Positions 15,129 to 30,710 of a stretch of 64,000 nucleotides of DNA are shown here, one piece after another (the stretch's first letter is position 1; every line of letters begins with the position of its first letter). Under the pieces are notes generated by a model, which made no database searches, was not told the origin of the DNA, and saw nothing but the letters and a program-made list of their open reading frames with translations. The DNA is from the human T2T-CHM13v2.0 reference genome, Homo sapiens. The translations under genes were made by a program, and so were the position numbers. The stretch lies in NCBI RefSeq assembly GCF_009914755.1, contig NC_060938.1; one strand, given 5' to 3'.

Positions 15129-15935
15129 CAGAATGGGCTACATAATTTGCAGGGCCCCTTGTTCATAAAGCAGAGGAAAAGTGCCATTAAAGGTACTAAA
15201 ATATCAAGTGTTTTCCTTTCTTCCGCAGCTTCCCCTCAACCTGCCATGGTGTTATTTGCTACTTGACATCCTTCAGGCACAGGGATATCTGCACAATAAA
15301 TGCAGACCTTCCAGGGTTCTACCCCCACATGCGCACCCACAGCTCACACAAACTGCCCACTGGCTAGCGGCTGAGTTCTCTCTCCTTCCAGCTGCCAGAG
15401 CAATGCTCTGTGCACCACCTAGGAGAGGTGAGCTGGACATCTCCCTTCCCACACACAACTCTACTGCTCGAGCCCACAGGCAGAAGGATGACCCCCAGAA
15501 GCACTACAGTCCCTACATAAGGATGCATTAAGCATCTAGTTCAGGAGTGAGAAGTTTGCCCCACTGAGGCACCACAGTGGCACTCCTAGAAGGGGCGGCC
15601 ACATCTATGCCCTGTTCTAAGACCTGTGGGGCTCCTGCGTCAGACCCTGACCCTCTCTGCCAGGGGCTGAGGATAGCAGCAGTTGTTGCGCAGGAGCAGG
15701 GAAGAAGAGGCCAGGTTGGGCTTGGGGTCCTCAGTGGTGGGGAAGCCAGAAGTGGACAACAGCACAAGTGGTCACCTGAACCAAGACTTCAAGTCTTGGG
15801 CATGTTCCATTATCCCACCAGACTTCACTTATAAAACATAAATACAAATATAAAATCAAGGATTTCAAGACAGTAAATTCAGAGCATAACACCCCAAACA
15901 ATTGCTCTCATCACTGAGTAATGAAGCCAGTCCCG
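15129..15935 (-). mobile_element. MER45B/C-like hAT-Tip100 element
   Basis: Termini cagaatgggctacataatttgcagggccccttgttca and atgaagccagtcccg; imperfect 8-bp TSD atgcttat/atgcataa; explains the local GC-rich ORFs. Confidence 0.75.
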
Positions 15936-15957
15936 ATGCATAAGAAACCCCAGGCCT

Positions 15958-16060
15958 CTGCCCACTTCTTTAGCACATGTACTAAAATTGGACAATAGTG
16001 AGATTAGCATCATACCTACACAAGGATGACATACAAATTTGTTATGTGTTTCATATTTTT
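15958..16060 (+). pseudogene. U6 snRNA retropseudogene (full length, highly diverged)
   Basis: agcacatgtactaaaattgga...agattagcat...caaggatgacatacaaattt...catattttt aligns end to end with U6; ACAGAGA box degraded. Confidence 0.9.
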
Positions 16061-16279
16061 ATTTCATATAACTAAATACACATACACATACACACACACC
16101 CCCAAACCCAAAGAGAACACATAAAACTTGGGAAATCTGGATTGTGTGCCCATATCGATATCTTAGCTATGATACTAAACTAGAGTTTTGCAAAATGTCA
16201 TTGAGAAAAACCATGCAGAGTTACAAGGGATATCTTTGTATTATGTCTTACAACTCCATATTATAATTATCACCGCTAA
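16061..16279 (+). mobile_element. L1MC/L1MD-type 3' end fused to the U6 copy
   Basis: aactaaatacacatacac...taaaacttgggaaatctg...tagagttttgcaaaatgt...tatctttgtattatgtcttacaact matches the old L1M 3'UTR terminus. Confidence 0.7.
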
Positions 16280-16496
16280 AAGAAAGACCGAAGCCCTATT
16301 AAAAGGACACATACAACATACAGGAAATCATTAGCAAAATTACCTATACCTAGATATAACCGGAACACTAAATTGAATATAATTTGACGTTAATATGTAA
16401 AAGAGCAATCCTTAAAATAACTTGCTTGAATACAAAATCTGCAAACACTATGTTCACCATGTTATTCCTCCTCTCAGGAGGAAAGCGTTCAGTTAT

Positions 16497-16837
16497 CGTA
16501 TTAGTTCGTTTTCACACTGCTATAAAGAAATACCCAGACTTGGGTAATTTACAAAGGAAAGAGCTTCTGCATGTCTAGGGAGGCCTCAGGAAACCTACAA
16601 TCATGGTGGAAGGTGAAGGGGAAGCAGGCACTTCTTCACAAGGAGGCAGGAGAAGAAGTGAGAGCACAGGAAAAAGTACCATGTATAAAACCATCAGATC
16701 TTGTGAGAACTCACTCACTATCAGGAGAACAGCAGAGGGGAAACTGGCCCCATGATCCAATCACTTCCTTCCCTCCACACATGGGAATTACAATTCGAGA
16801 TGAGATTTGGGTGGGGACACAGAGCCAAACCATATCA
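16497..16837 (-). mobile_element. THE1D/MSTA-type MaLR solo LTR
   Basis: gtattagttcgttttcacactgctataaag...agagccaaaccatatca; perfect 5-bp TSD gttat. Confidence 0.9.
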
Positions 16838-16868
16838 GTTATATTTTTTGTTAAAACATATCTAATCT

Positions 16869-17178
<310 letters not shown>

Positions 17179-19979
17179 TCATCTATTTAAGATAAAATGA
17201 AAATATGCATTCTAGAAACCACAAAAATACTCTGGAAACTTAAGTGTCTATGCAAAAGCATATCTTTATTTATAAAAAGAGGAGACAATTGTATGTGGGA
17301 AAGCCCAAAATCAACTTTAAAATGTTAAATTCTTGAATATGAAAACTGATCTACATACATTTACAACTGGAAGTACATATTTGATGCTGGTACAGTTACT
17401 TAAATTTTATATACAAAAGACAAAACATCTTGCCCATCAGATGGTGAAACATCACAAATATAATAGGGAAAATCTGAATTCTTCAGGCTGACTTCCCAGA
17501 GCACCTGAGCCAGATAAGAATTTTATGCTGCTCTTTAGGACTTTGTATTGTGAGTAGATGCCCAAATGAGATTATTCTCATTATAGTTCTAGGGAGAGGG
17601 TGAGGCCAAATCTGCAGGGCCACAGAGACAGACACTACCCAAAGAGCACCTATTTCTACTTAAACTGTTAGATGAGGTAATGGAAGAAACTTGCTAAATA
17701 CCACAAGGCCTAGCACATTTGAAACACTCAATAGATATTAGCAATTAATATCAACAATGTCAGCATGCTTGCACTCTGACCTGTTAAGTGAACACTGACT
17801 CTGAATGTACATTACACATCCAATTACTATATCTACCATTTCTTGCTCTGTCAGACGATGTTCATAGCCAAGATCAACCCACCTTTTGGTTCCAGCCAGG
17901 ACTCTGCAGAGACCTGAACTGTATAAACAACAAAAAAGTTAGGGATCAAATTAGTTTTGCCACTGCTACCTCTGTACCTCTGGGTAAACATTGGGCTGTT
18001 CATTAGCAAAATGGAATTTGAATTTCAAAGATGAATGAATATTCATTTACTTTGGGTAATTACATACTAAGGTATTCAAAATATATTTGTTGAATGAAAG
18101 ACTGAATTAATGAATGGATATGTGCAGACTTCTCTCCAACCTGACTTTTTATTTTCTCTTTACTAGCTAAATTCCCTTGCAGCTTCATTTTAAAGTTAAA
18201 ATATCAAGGTATTAGAGAAGGAACCACAAATAAAACAGTTATTTTGCTCACGACCTCACCTGACTGTATTGTCTGTCCCACTACATAATTAATCATTGCC
18301 AACCCCAGTCAGGTGTAGGTATGGCAACAACACTGGGTCAGCATTTGCCAGGTGTGGCAAATTACTGCATCTTCCTCTTTCCAAGTTTCAGCCTGGAGTC
18401 TAACAAAAAGCACTTAAGAACCTCCCAAGGCAGGAGCGCAGTGCTGGCTGACTATCAATGTCTTCTTGCTAGTGGTGCCCTAGTTCTGTTCCAACAGTCT
18501 CAAGTTCTTATGGATTCTTAGGATCCTGACTACATCAGTATACTAAGGAACTGGGCTTTTTCCCTGCCCTGTCTGGGCACCTGAAAGTTCTGAATAGCTA
18601 ACCTCTTATGCCTGCATGTGCTCCAACTGCAGTCTGCACAGCTGACTTTGATGCACTTTTTCAAAGGTATATGCAAAACCCTCTCCACTCAGCTTAGGCT
18701 CGGATCCCAGGCTGGCTGCTTGCCCTGTCTCCATGATTCCCTGCTGCCTCCATTGCTGGCACCGACACAAATACAGCTTTGTATCTACTCTCTACAAAAA
18801 CCTTGAATCTGTTCTCTTCTCTCATTGATTCCTTAGCACTCGAAACTAAGCTAATTATATTTTATGCAATTTAATTAGCTGTATGCAAAATTTTTAATGA
18901 CTAAGCAAAATATAGGAAAGAGCCAACTTGAACTGTATCACCATATACACAGTGTAAAGGATGGTTTAATATTTAAATAAGTGCCAGTCTAAAGGAAGAT
19001 GACAGAATGCACGTATTAACATAGATGAACAAACCCAAAGTGTTTTGTGTTGATTCTCATTTTCTAAATTGTGTCATTAAAATCAACTGCGGCTCCAAGT
19101 GCCCTGGTTAATTCAGATCTATTTGAGAGGTTTCTCACTGACTTTAACATGAAAAGCCTTCTTAAAAAAGTGCATCAAACGACCTTATAATCATCAAGGA
19201 AAAAAAATTCCACAGTTGACTGCACACTACAACAGTAAAGAATTAATCTTGTCATGGCAAGACTACCATTAGAAACATCTAAATTACTTAAGACAAACTA
19301 AACATAAGATAATTAGTTATTTCTTTCTATTCCTCTAGTAAATCATAGTTAACATGAATACTGCAGAGTCTCATGATTTATATCCTTCCAGCATATTCTC
19401 ACCTCTCCATTCCAGACGATCAAAATGTCCCTAGAGGGAAATTGTTGAGAGCAAGATGGAAAACATGACAGTGAGAGGGAAAATCTAGGTATAAAATACA
19501 TGCCTTTGGCACAAACTCATGAAAAAACAAAACAAAATGTGGGAGAAATTTATTGATAGTAGTCTAACCGTTATAAGATCCTGGAACAATTTACAGTACT
19601 ATGCAATGGAACATTCACTAAGGATTCAGCTTAACACATCTTGTAACATCCACCCTTTCTGGATAGTGGAACATGTCTCCCAGTCTCAAGGTTTTTCCTA
19701 AGTGACTATTAAGAATGTATATACTTTAAAAGTCTAAGTAGATGCATAGTCCATGAAACACTTCCAACTGTGTTTCTCAAATAGCGCAATTCCAGCCCCA
19801 TGTTTATTTTCCAGTAAACTACAGAAATTATAATGGCATTTATGTCGACCAGTTTAAATGTGGTACCTCTTCTTGACATATTAATAATACTCATTTCTTT
19901 ATTAGCTTAAGACATTCTTGCTACCTTCAATATAGGTATAAGCAAAGGGAGCATTTTGATAAACAACTTAGTCATATCA

Positions 19980-20288
19980 GGCCGGGCGCGGTGGCTCACA
20001 CCTGTAATCCCATCACTTTGGGAGGCCGAGGTGGGCGGATCACAAAGTCAGGAGATCGAGACCATCCTGGCCAACATGGTGAAACCCCATCTCTACTAAA
20101 AATACAAAAATTAGCTGGGTGTCGTGGCACATGCCTGTAATCCCAGCTACTCAGGAGACTGAGGCAGAAGAGTCACTTGAACCAGGGAGTTGGAGGTTGC
20201 AGTGAGCCGAGATCTTGCCACTGCAATCCAGCCTGGGCAACAGAGCGAGACCAAGAGCCTCCATCTCAGTAAATAAATAAATAAATAA
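19980..20288 (+). mobile_element. AluSc-like
   Basis: gatcacaaagtcaggagatcgagaccatcctggccaac; (TAAA)n tail; TSD aacaacttagtcatatca / aacagcttagttgtgtca. Confidence 0.95.
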
Positions 20289-21539
20289 CAGCTTAGTTGT
20301 GTCAATAGCTCATTAAAACTCTTCTTAGAAGCTTTTTATCAGTAGTTTTGGGAAATCAGTACAGAAAGAAAACCAAGCTTCCTGAGCTACCAACAATGCC
20401 CAAAAAAGCAAATAACTATGTGCCACACATTCAGGAATGACAACAGACACATGGTGGTAGGGAGATGATTTCATTGTTTTTAAAAATGTTTTATTGTTAT
20501 TTAAATCTATTGTTATCACAGTTAAGAGAAAAAACGTTACCATAAATGTAACATTTAAATAAACTGGAGAGTTATTTGCTTTTCAAGTTCTCATCATATG
20601 AAGTCCAACATATGAACTTCTTTTAATTTTCTATTATCCTTAAGTGCTAGGTGACTTTTTCTCTTAAAATATAACCTCAGCCATATCATGACAAATCACC
20701 AGAAGTTCACATTTACTCTGACTTTGCACCTCTTTGGTTTCAGGGTGTCTTTAGCTTTGCTGACAGTTTTATATTTCAATGGATTGTAAAAGCTGTCATC
20801 CAGGATATTGTGTCCTCAATAGTGTAAATAATCTATTTTATGTGACCCTATGATTAGTAAAAAATGGTTCCCACATATTGAAATGTCCTCAAATTCCTGG
20901 AATTCTAAGAGACCATATTTTCTCTGTTGCTGCCTTCAGCAGAAAATACATATAAACTATCTATATTTGCAGTATTTAGGGACATACTAGGCTCCCAAAA
21001 TGATTCATTTTAAATACATTTAGATAAAGATGACATATTAAGGCCTGAAGGATTACAATTAATTTTTCCAAATATATATTTATATACTTTACTTTTTATG
21101 TTGGCTTCAGCATTTTTGCAAGGTTGAGGACATGCTTCCTTGGGTCATCTTTGAAAGTATGTTTCTTTCAAGTTTACATATCTGATATCTGTGAAATTTT
21201 GAACTAACATAAATGTTCTTCACAAGAACTACAGTGGGCTTCTGCCAAATCAAAATGAGGGCATGCTGTGAGTGATCAGGGGCCCATTGGCACATAAATA
21301 TATGTAACCTTTTAATAATGCCTTCTCCCAACTAAGCCAAGCACAAGGATGTGTGACAAACTGACACATTTTGACTTTTGAAAAGATTTCAAAAAAGATC
21401 CAGATTTCTTCAGTGAAAGGTCCCCTATCTCTCTGAAGACGACCCTCTGAAAAGCTGTGAACATTAGTTTTCACTAACTCATACCACAAGGGAAAAATGA
21501 AGACTATAATAAGATTAAGAGGAAGGAGGAGATTTATTT

Positions 21540-21800
21540 TTATTTAACAAATACATACCATTTGCTATATTATAGACACAGTTTTAAGTATCTTTAAGTA
21601 TTGACTCAATAAATCCTCGTGACCTCTAACTTTATGGTTAGATATCATTATGTAATCTCCATTTTACAGACGAGAATATAGAGGACAGAGAGATGAGGTA
21701 ACCTGCGGGAGATCACTAGGCTTATAAACTTCTAGGCCAGGATTTGAACCCAAGCAGCAAGACTCCAGAGTCATGCTCACAAGTGCCTTATTCTGCCTCT
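21540..21800 (-). mobile_element. MIR
   Basis: ctccattttacagacgagaa...ccaggatttgaacccaagcag...gactccagag. Confidence 0.75.
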
Positions 21801-22999
21801 GCCAGCCACTGCTTCCCTAATTCTTCTTATAAATTCCACCCAAAAATCCAATAAAGAAAGAAAAGAAAACATTGTGATTACAAAGGAAAATAAAATTGTA
21901 TAGCTTTGCCATTTTTTTCTTCTCAGTTAAAGGCAACTATTTTTTCATTTAAAAAAGATTTGTCTTCCAAACACAAATGACAAAAACAGCAGGGAAGGAA
22001 ATGCTATTTTCAAGTTTCTAGGAGGTTATCATAAACAATGAAGAGAGAAAAACAAATTAAAGTTGTAAAAAAAAATGGCATTTGACAGTATTTCTTCTAC
22101 CTTGCTGCCTATGACAATTTGACTGCACTGTGTTTGGTGGCTGTACTGAGCACCCTATGGTGTGAAAATGAAAGATGACCATGCTTGGAAAGAAAAGAGA
22201 AGCATATTGTAAGCAAGTGTAAATGCACAGTAAGGTCTGAATGTTGTGGAAATAAGCCCAGGCTGCTTCTCAATTCATGAGTTTAGCTGAGATGGCAGAA
22301 CAGATGACAAACAACAACAAACAGAAACACCATACCACACAATTCTCTCCAATACTGGGGATAAATATCCACAGCAGTTTATTTAATTTGATGCTAATTT
22401 TCTTTCTTGTTTAACCAGTCTAAATATTTGCTATCTATTAAATATTCATGTATTGTGTTTTAATACCTTCAGGTTTTCATTCTGTAAGGAATTAATTTTT
22501 AAGTACCTGTAGTCAAAATTGTGCACTTTCCTCAAAATAACAACAAAAGCCTTTATTCAAAGACTTAATATCAATTAATTGGTCAAAATATGGGTCTGAA
22601 AGAGAATTCAATCTTCTTGGCATTTAACATTTCAAAACTGAAAAGAATACTTCATTTGAAAAAAAAAAAAAAAGAAAAGTTCACCTATGCTCCAGTACAA
22701 CTATTTTGTTTGGTTTCAATATCAATGGAAAGTCACTAATAGTTATTTTATTTCTCCTTGCAGTATCAGAAAGAGTCTAGTTATTTACAAAATATTGGCA
22801 TATTCAATCTGTTCCTCTTAGATGTAAACTTTTTTTAAAATGATGTTCTATTTCTAGGTGAAGTTTCATAAATACTATCAATTTACTCTAAGAAAATTAA
22901 GTAATAACTTTAATGTATATAGTAGATATACTAGATATAGTAATAACCCATTAGTACTTTAAGTCTAACTACCAGTTAGTTTAAGAAAAATAAGCAAAA

Positions 23000-23900
<901 letters not shown>

Positions 23901-24261
23901 CAACAACAATGAAACACTATTGACCTGAACCAACAGTACGAATTCAACTCCATGAAGGACACAAAAGCAGAGTCCCTGAAGTTTGCCCTCAAGGTATTGA
24001 TATTACTTTGTAGAATGTCACAGACATTCAAGTCTCAAAAGATGTTGGTCCACAGAGAGTGCCAGTTATTTCTAATATGAAAGTCTCTCCAAAAAGATTC
24101 AGCCACTATAAACTCAGCCTCCACAATGAGAAGGTGAGGCATATCCGCCCTAAACACAATGGATACAGAATCATAAGGACACCCCATATTACCCCTGGAA
24201 ATAAGGTTCATTCATACCACCAATCTAGAGGCAATACTTTCTGGCTACTACCCGGGTGGTC

Positions 24262-25390
24262 TGACTCAGTGAATATTTATTTAATGCCTACTATGTGCAG
24301 GCACCAGGCTATGTGCTAGGAAAAGATTAATAAACTTTGGCACTAGCCTTAAAGGAACTCACAGGCTAAGCAGAAAAAAGCACATACATTCTGTAATTAA
24401 AATAGAATCTATGAAATGCTGTTGTAACAAAGGTGTGTACCAAGTGTTCTGAGAAGGCTTCAGTGAATAGATGAGACCAAACATTTTTAATTATTCAATA
24501 AATATTTACTCCGTGTCAGAGAAAAGAAACTTAAGGATGAGTACGTGCTCTCCTAGCTGACAGGAAAAGTGAGAAGGGAATTCCAGGTAAAATCAACTAA
24601 TAACACAAGAGAATGGCAGGAAGTCAACCAAGTAAAGGTGTTTTCATTGAATAATAAGCAGATCAGTATGGTTGGGAACACAGCATTTCCTGGGAATATG
24701 GATAATGGGGAAGACAAACCAATTAGGGCCAGATGCTGAATGGCCTTGTATAACACGCTAAGGAACCACAAGACAATCCTGTGGAGGGAATAGTAGAATA
24801 TTTTCAACAATAAAAAGGTAAAGAAAGGGAAGGGAGAAAAGGAATAGCAGTTAACATGTAATTGCCATAGTCTTCAAATGTTATCAGAGCTTGAATTGAG
24901 ACAACATCAACAAGGAAAGAGGCACAGATGAGGTGGAATGAGTTGTACTCAGCAAACCCACTGATTGTGTAGGATGAGATGTAATGGGGGAATGAGGTTA
25001 AGATGATGCAGCTTTCTAGCTTAAACTCTGGAAGTCATTAACAGTGATGGAGAGAAATGGGAAAAGATGAAGTCAGCTTTGAACACACTGAGTTTGAAAT
25101 TCGAGTGTAGTATGCTTAGAAATGTTCAAGAGACTTTATAATTACAGGAGATACATTGAACTTCAGAATAGAAGTTAGGGTAAATATAATGAATTTTTAC
25201 ATGTTCACAATAGATTTTAGGGTAACACTGAGGATAATTAAATACATGACTGTGTTCTTGTATTCTCTAAGGTAGATTGTGTAGATTGAGAAGACAGCTA
25301 AGATAGACATCTTAAGACTGTCAGAAAGATATCAATCTAAAGGAAGGAGAATGAACAGCAGCCAGAATTCCGTGGTAACTCAGAGTACAC
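24262..25390 (-). mobile_element. L2 (L2c-like) fragments
   Basis: Starts with L2 3' end aatatttatttaatgcctactatgtgcaggcac; degraded L2 blocks follow. Confidence 0.6.
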
Positions 25391-28300
25391 AGCTCTTGGT
25401 ATGTGGGTTAGGTACTCAGTGACCATGGTTCCACTAACATTCAATTCACTAAGGTCTATTAGTGAGGCACTGGATGCTTTGCTAGATCCTGACTATGATA
25501 TTAGCCTGTTTTCTGTTCTATCTGAATAACATACTGACTTTTAAGTTTGAATAGAGACAGAGTTCAAGTTAAGTTCTCATTCTATTCACTCTCTCCTTAC
25601 ACACTGAATCGCAAAATTAAACAAAGGACTTTATTTTAAAAGGAAGCATAATCAGGGACACACTGGAATTTTTATAGACATTCAGGGCTTATAAAGCAAC
25701 ATAAAGGAAAAAAGGTTCACAAACTAATTCTTGAACACATTCACCCTCTTTTAAAAATTACTGATGGGCAAAATATCATAATAAACCATTGTTAAAATAA
25801 TACAAATGTTCTGATTGCAACATGGCAATTCTAGGCAATTCTGGGTTAAACAATAGCATCCTCCACATGAATGCCTGCAGATGCACAGCTGAGACCATGT
25901 GTGCCTGCACACACACACCCACACACAACCTCCTCAAGCAGACAGACTCCACAGTCAGAGCAACCTTTTAAACACTTTGCCTTTATCACCCACAGAGACC
26001 ACCAGTCTAGTGCAATCATCTACCCTCTCATAGAGACCGTGATACCTGTAATCAGTAACTCAGCACAGCGACCAGGTTTTACAACTAACTCCATGAACCA
26101 ATTTGTTTCATATTTATTTTTTCTTTTTAAATTTTATGATTAATGCACTGCCCAGATCTTCAATGTTTTTGGCCTCCCAGGTCACTATGGAAAGCAATCT
26201 GTTTTTCTTGTACAATCATTTGAATAAATAATGCTCAGTCATCTGACTGCAAGTCTTCATTACACATGAGCTATAGAAAATAGTCACTGACAGATCAAGT
26301 TTAGTAGCTTCAAAACAAATTACGCAGAACGATTTCTATAGAATCCTTCAAGTGGTTTCTTCAGAAGTGATCTGAATTTCATCTTACGGGCATTGCACAA
26401 TTTTCCTTTTTCATTTAGTGAGCATTTCTCTTGGGTCAATATTCACTTTATGTCTTTCTAATTCAGCAAATAAAGGCTCAGATCCAAAATGGCTTTGCTG
26501 TTTGTCTAGCATGTTAACAGAGCAATAATTATTTTAGTGCTTCAATCTGGACAGTCAAAAAGATGACCTTATTTTGAACCTCCTGTAAGAGAGACAGCAC
26601 TGTTTATAAATAAAATCTCATGCTGAGAAATCCTTAGCTTCCTAAGGAAGAAAGCAATCACTGTGTTTGCAGGCAGCTAATGTTCTGCCCTTTACTTTAG
26701 GTACATAGTATCTAGATTTTCATCAACACTTTTAAAAATGTAGATCTAAGTACAGAATCCTGGGTTTTGTTCATGCATATCTGGAAACTATTCTGTTTAG
26801 GGAATATCCCACAAGCAGCTAGGACGCAAAAGGGACATTCTTTACTGATTCTTTTTACAAAGAAAATACTCCCACAGTTCTTAGTTCAGTCCCACAACAT
26901 TCTTAAAGGGATACCTAACTAAAGAAGAGCTAGATATTTCTGTGAAGAATCAAAATGTTTTAAAAAAAAATTCTCCAAAGAAATTTTAAGGTAAAGCCAA
27001 AAGTAAATTAACAAAAGATGGATTGAAAATTGGAAACAATGCAGCCAGGTTTAAAAGTCACATTTTGAATTAAACAGGCCCCAACTCTAACATTTACAGG
27101 CTAAGTGACCTTAGACACGTTGTTTGATTTTGCTTGGACTCCACCTGGAAATAATTGAATATACTATGTGTGAATCAACTAAGCCCAGCACTGAGTACCC
27201 ATAGGCACTCACTTTCTCCTTGGCTTTCCATTTGATACTGTAAATAACAACATCATTAGAGAATTGTATAATTTTCATATTATGCGAATGTGTGGTTTGG
27301 TTTATATTTCAGTGATTACTTGCCAGTCTGTAAACAAAGAATATCACAAAATATTCCATTTTGATATATGTTAAATTACCATCACAAGTGAATTCACAAG
27401 CTGTTATTTTTAATATTTGTTATTCGCAGAGCCTATGTTTTCCGAGAATAATGCAAAAGAAAAACCCATTCAAATGCAAATGTTAAAGTATATATTTAAT
27501 TAATAAATATAAACAAGCTCACAATTTTAAAATATCCTGGGTCCTGACCCCATTGAATTGATAGCTCTAAATGACAGAATCATTGAATGAATACTATATT
27601 GCCACTTCTTTTGTGCTACAAATACAAATACAAAACACTCTTTAATGGAGCACTGTCCTCATTATACAACCGACCACTGACATAAAAGGCAAGAAGGTTA
27701 AGCCCACTTTTGAAAAGCTCTTAAGTAACAGGTCAGAGGACAGAAACGTTAGGATGAGACCATTATAAGTTGTTGATAGAAGAGGAAAGATAAAGTTTTT
27801 AATATTTGATTCTCAATTGTAAAAATTCCAAAATATTACATTCACGTTAATAAACATTTTTCATTTGAATGATGAATAGCCACCTGCTGAAGTCGAAGAA
27901 ACAGGAGCTCACTCCTAATTGAAAACAGCAAGATTGTGTGTATTTCCCATTGCGTATTTTGGCTCTCCAAATGTTCAATTTGAGAACTCTGGGGCTAAGC
28001 CTTAGAAACACCCCCTGTTCTCCAGAAGCTGACACATTCTTCGGACACACACTGCATGCATTCAGTATAATTAGAATACGCACAGTTGGAATGCAGTGCT
28101 TGAGGCCCTTGCATTTTTAAATCAGGTTGTGTGAATTTTAAGTGAGTTATCAGCTACGATGAGGGTCCAGCAATTCTGTATTTGAAAGGTTCTTAAAAGG
28201 AAATAATAGGACCCAAATGTTCTAATGTTCCTTTATCATTTCAGAGAAACAGCCTCTGTCACACTTGCTACCTTCTGCCAAAGTCTACAAGGATCAAACT

Positions 28301-30020
28301 TAGTGGTAGCCAACTAAGCTAAATAATGCTTGTCCAAGTTTCTAAAACAAGTATTCATCATTTTCCATTTATGAAAATTAGAGGTAAGAACTATACTTTA
28401 TCATTTTGAACCACCACATGATTTAAAAAGTAAACTTAACTTTTAACTTTCCCATCCCCCTTGGAAACCCCAACCACCACTTTTTAAGTCACAGGAGCGG
28501 GAGCAGCATAGTGCCCTCTTTCCTTACCTGATAAATGAGATCTCTCAACTGGAAGTCAATTTAGAATCAACATCATTTTCTATTCAGGGCCCAGCACCAA
28601 TATTCAGGAAAAAATTGTTAGGCTCTCCAATTATAAACAGTGTGTCAAATGATCTTTCAAAAATGGTACTTGAAAAACAAACAATTTGGCTGACATCAAC
28701 AGAATATATTCATATGCAGGAAATTCACTCACTATACTGATGAAACTATTCTATCAGATACCCTGTTAAATACATTCTTTACTGCTTACCAGTCTAGGCC
28801 AGTGATTTGGAGATAGTTATGAAATCGGCCATATGAAATCTCTAGGTATATCCTTGAGGATATGTCTTACTTATATATATATATTTTTAATTAGAGAGCC
28901 TTATGATTGCAGACATTCCAGCATTTGTCAGTAATGATGACACCATATTCTTTCACTCAACTGGACACTAACTCAGTAGATACCTACTTGTCAGTAGACT
29001 GAAAAGCCAGATAATTATCACCTCAATAGAAGATCCTTTCAGATTAATGCTGTATTTCATGGAAGGATTGGAATATCCACGCTTCAAATTTTTATTGGGT
29101 ATAAAAATTTTCCAAAGAGATGTAAGACTTTTAGTTCAAAATCTAGTGAACCGCCAGTTTTCCTTAATGTGGAATTCAAAGATATGTGGTCTTTCTTGAG
29201 TTTCAGAAGACAGATTTTCTCAGGTTACATGTGCCAGGAAATGTGATATGTACGAAACATGAATACTTACACAGTCAAAAGGGCAAAATAATGTATAAAA
29301 GACTGTTTATTTACAATATGATAGAGGTATGCTCAGAAAGGGGTATTATGTGGCAGATATAAGGTCTGCAAAGTAATTTTGAGCTGACACTTGACAGACT
29401 TTAAGACGTAGTCACTGGTCAGGTAAAGGGTCATATATTTAAATGTGTGTGTGTGTACATGTATGCATTTGTGTGTGTATGCTTGGAAGAAGTCACTACC
29501 ATGAAGCAGGAGAAATTCACTCTAGTAAAAGTGGCACACATTTCAGTGGGGTCGAAGATGTAAAGTAGATAACTTGCCACTTCATCAAAGATGATTTACA
29601 AGTTTATACCAAGGTATGAACCTAATCCACAAAGGGATCGTTATTTAAAAAAATGTAAAGAGGATAGTGACATGGTTTCAACTGCATTTTAGTCCTCTTA
29701 GTTAGAATTGAATTTTAAGACCTAGACTGTTTATCAACTGTAACTTTCCAAATAGGCTCACCAATATTTTGTCAACATAGTGGTTTTTGAAAGATATTTT
29801 TTTCCTATCCAGTTATGTTAAACTAAATTATGAGAACAAATTATATTGTTCATTTCCTCCTCCTCCACTATACAGGCAGGCAAGCCCCTGCTTTCCATTG
29901 TTTTGAGGGTTCTATTTTTCCCCCACCAAAACAAAAATGAACACCTATACTTGGGTTTTGCTCTCTAAAACCAAGGCTTCTTGAGAGTACTATGCTAGGT
30001 CTTCATAGACAGGGGATTCA

Positions 30021-30710
30021 CAGAGGAAAAGAAGTTATGCAAAAAAGATACTGGTACATGCATGTTTATAGTAGCACAATTCACAACTGCAAAAATGTGG
30101 AACCAACCTAAATGCCCATCAATCAATGAGTGGATAAAGAAACTGCGTGGTATGTGTGTGTGTGTCTCTCTCTCTATATATATATGGATGTACATATATA
30201 CACACACATATATATGATGGAATATATATATACATATATATGATGGAATATATATATACATATATATGATGGAATATATATATACATATATATGATGGAA
30301 TATATATATACATATATGATGGAATATATATATACATATATATGATGGAATATATATACATATATATGATGGAATATATGTATACATATATATGATGGAA
30401 TATATGTATACATATATATGATGGAATATATATATACATATATATGATGAAAATATATATACATATATACATACATATACACACACATATATATGTGTGT
30501 GTGTATATATATGTGTGTGTGTGTATATATATGTGTATATATATATACACATATATATATACACATATATATACACACATATATATATACATATATATAC
30601 ACATATATATACACACATATATATACATATATATACACACATATATATACATATATATACACATATATATATACATATATATATATACACATATATATAT
30701 ACATATATAT

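Noticed and set aside
15181-15834. GC-richer patch with ORFs, resembling a promoter or exon
   Set aside because: Lies inside the MER45-like element and is CpG-poor, so not a CpG island.
15958-16060. Functional U6 snRNA gene
   Set aside because: ACAGAGA box and other conserved positions are mutated, no PSE/TATA is evident upstream, and it is fused to L1.
22095-22200. Possible 54-nt minus-strand exon (GAQYSHQTQCSQIVIGSK)
   Set aside because: Weak donor (aag|gtagaa) and no recognisable peptide.
30198-30455. Regularly spaced repeat resembling a CRISPR array
   Set aside because: Units are head to tail with no unique spacers, there are no cas genes, and the DNA is primate.
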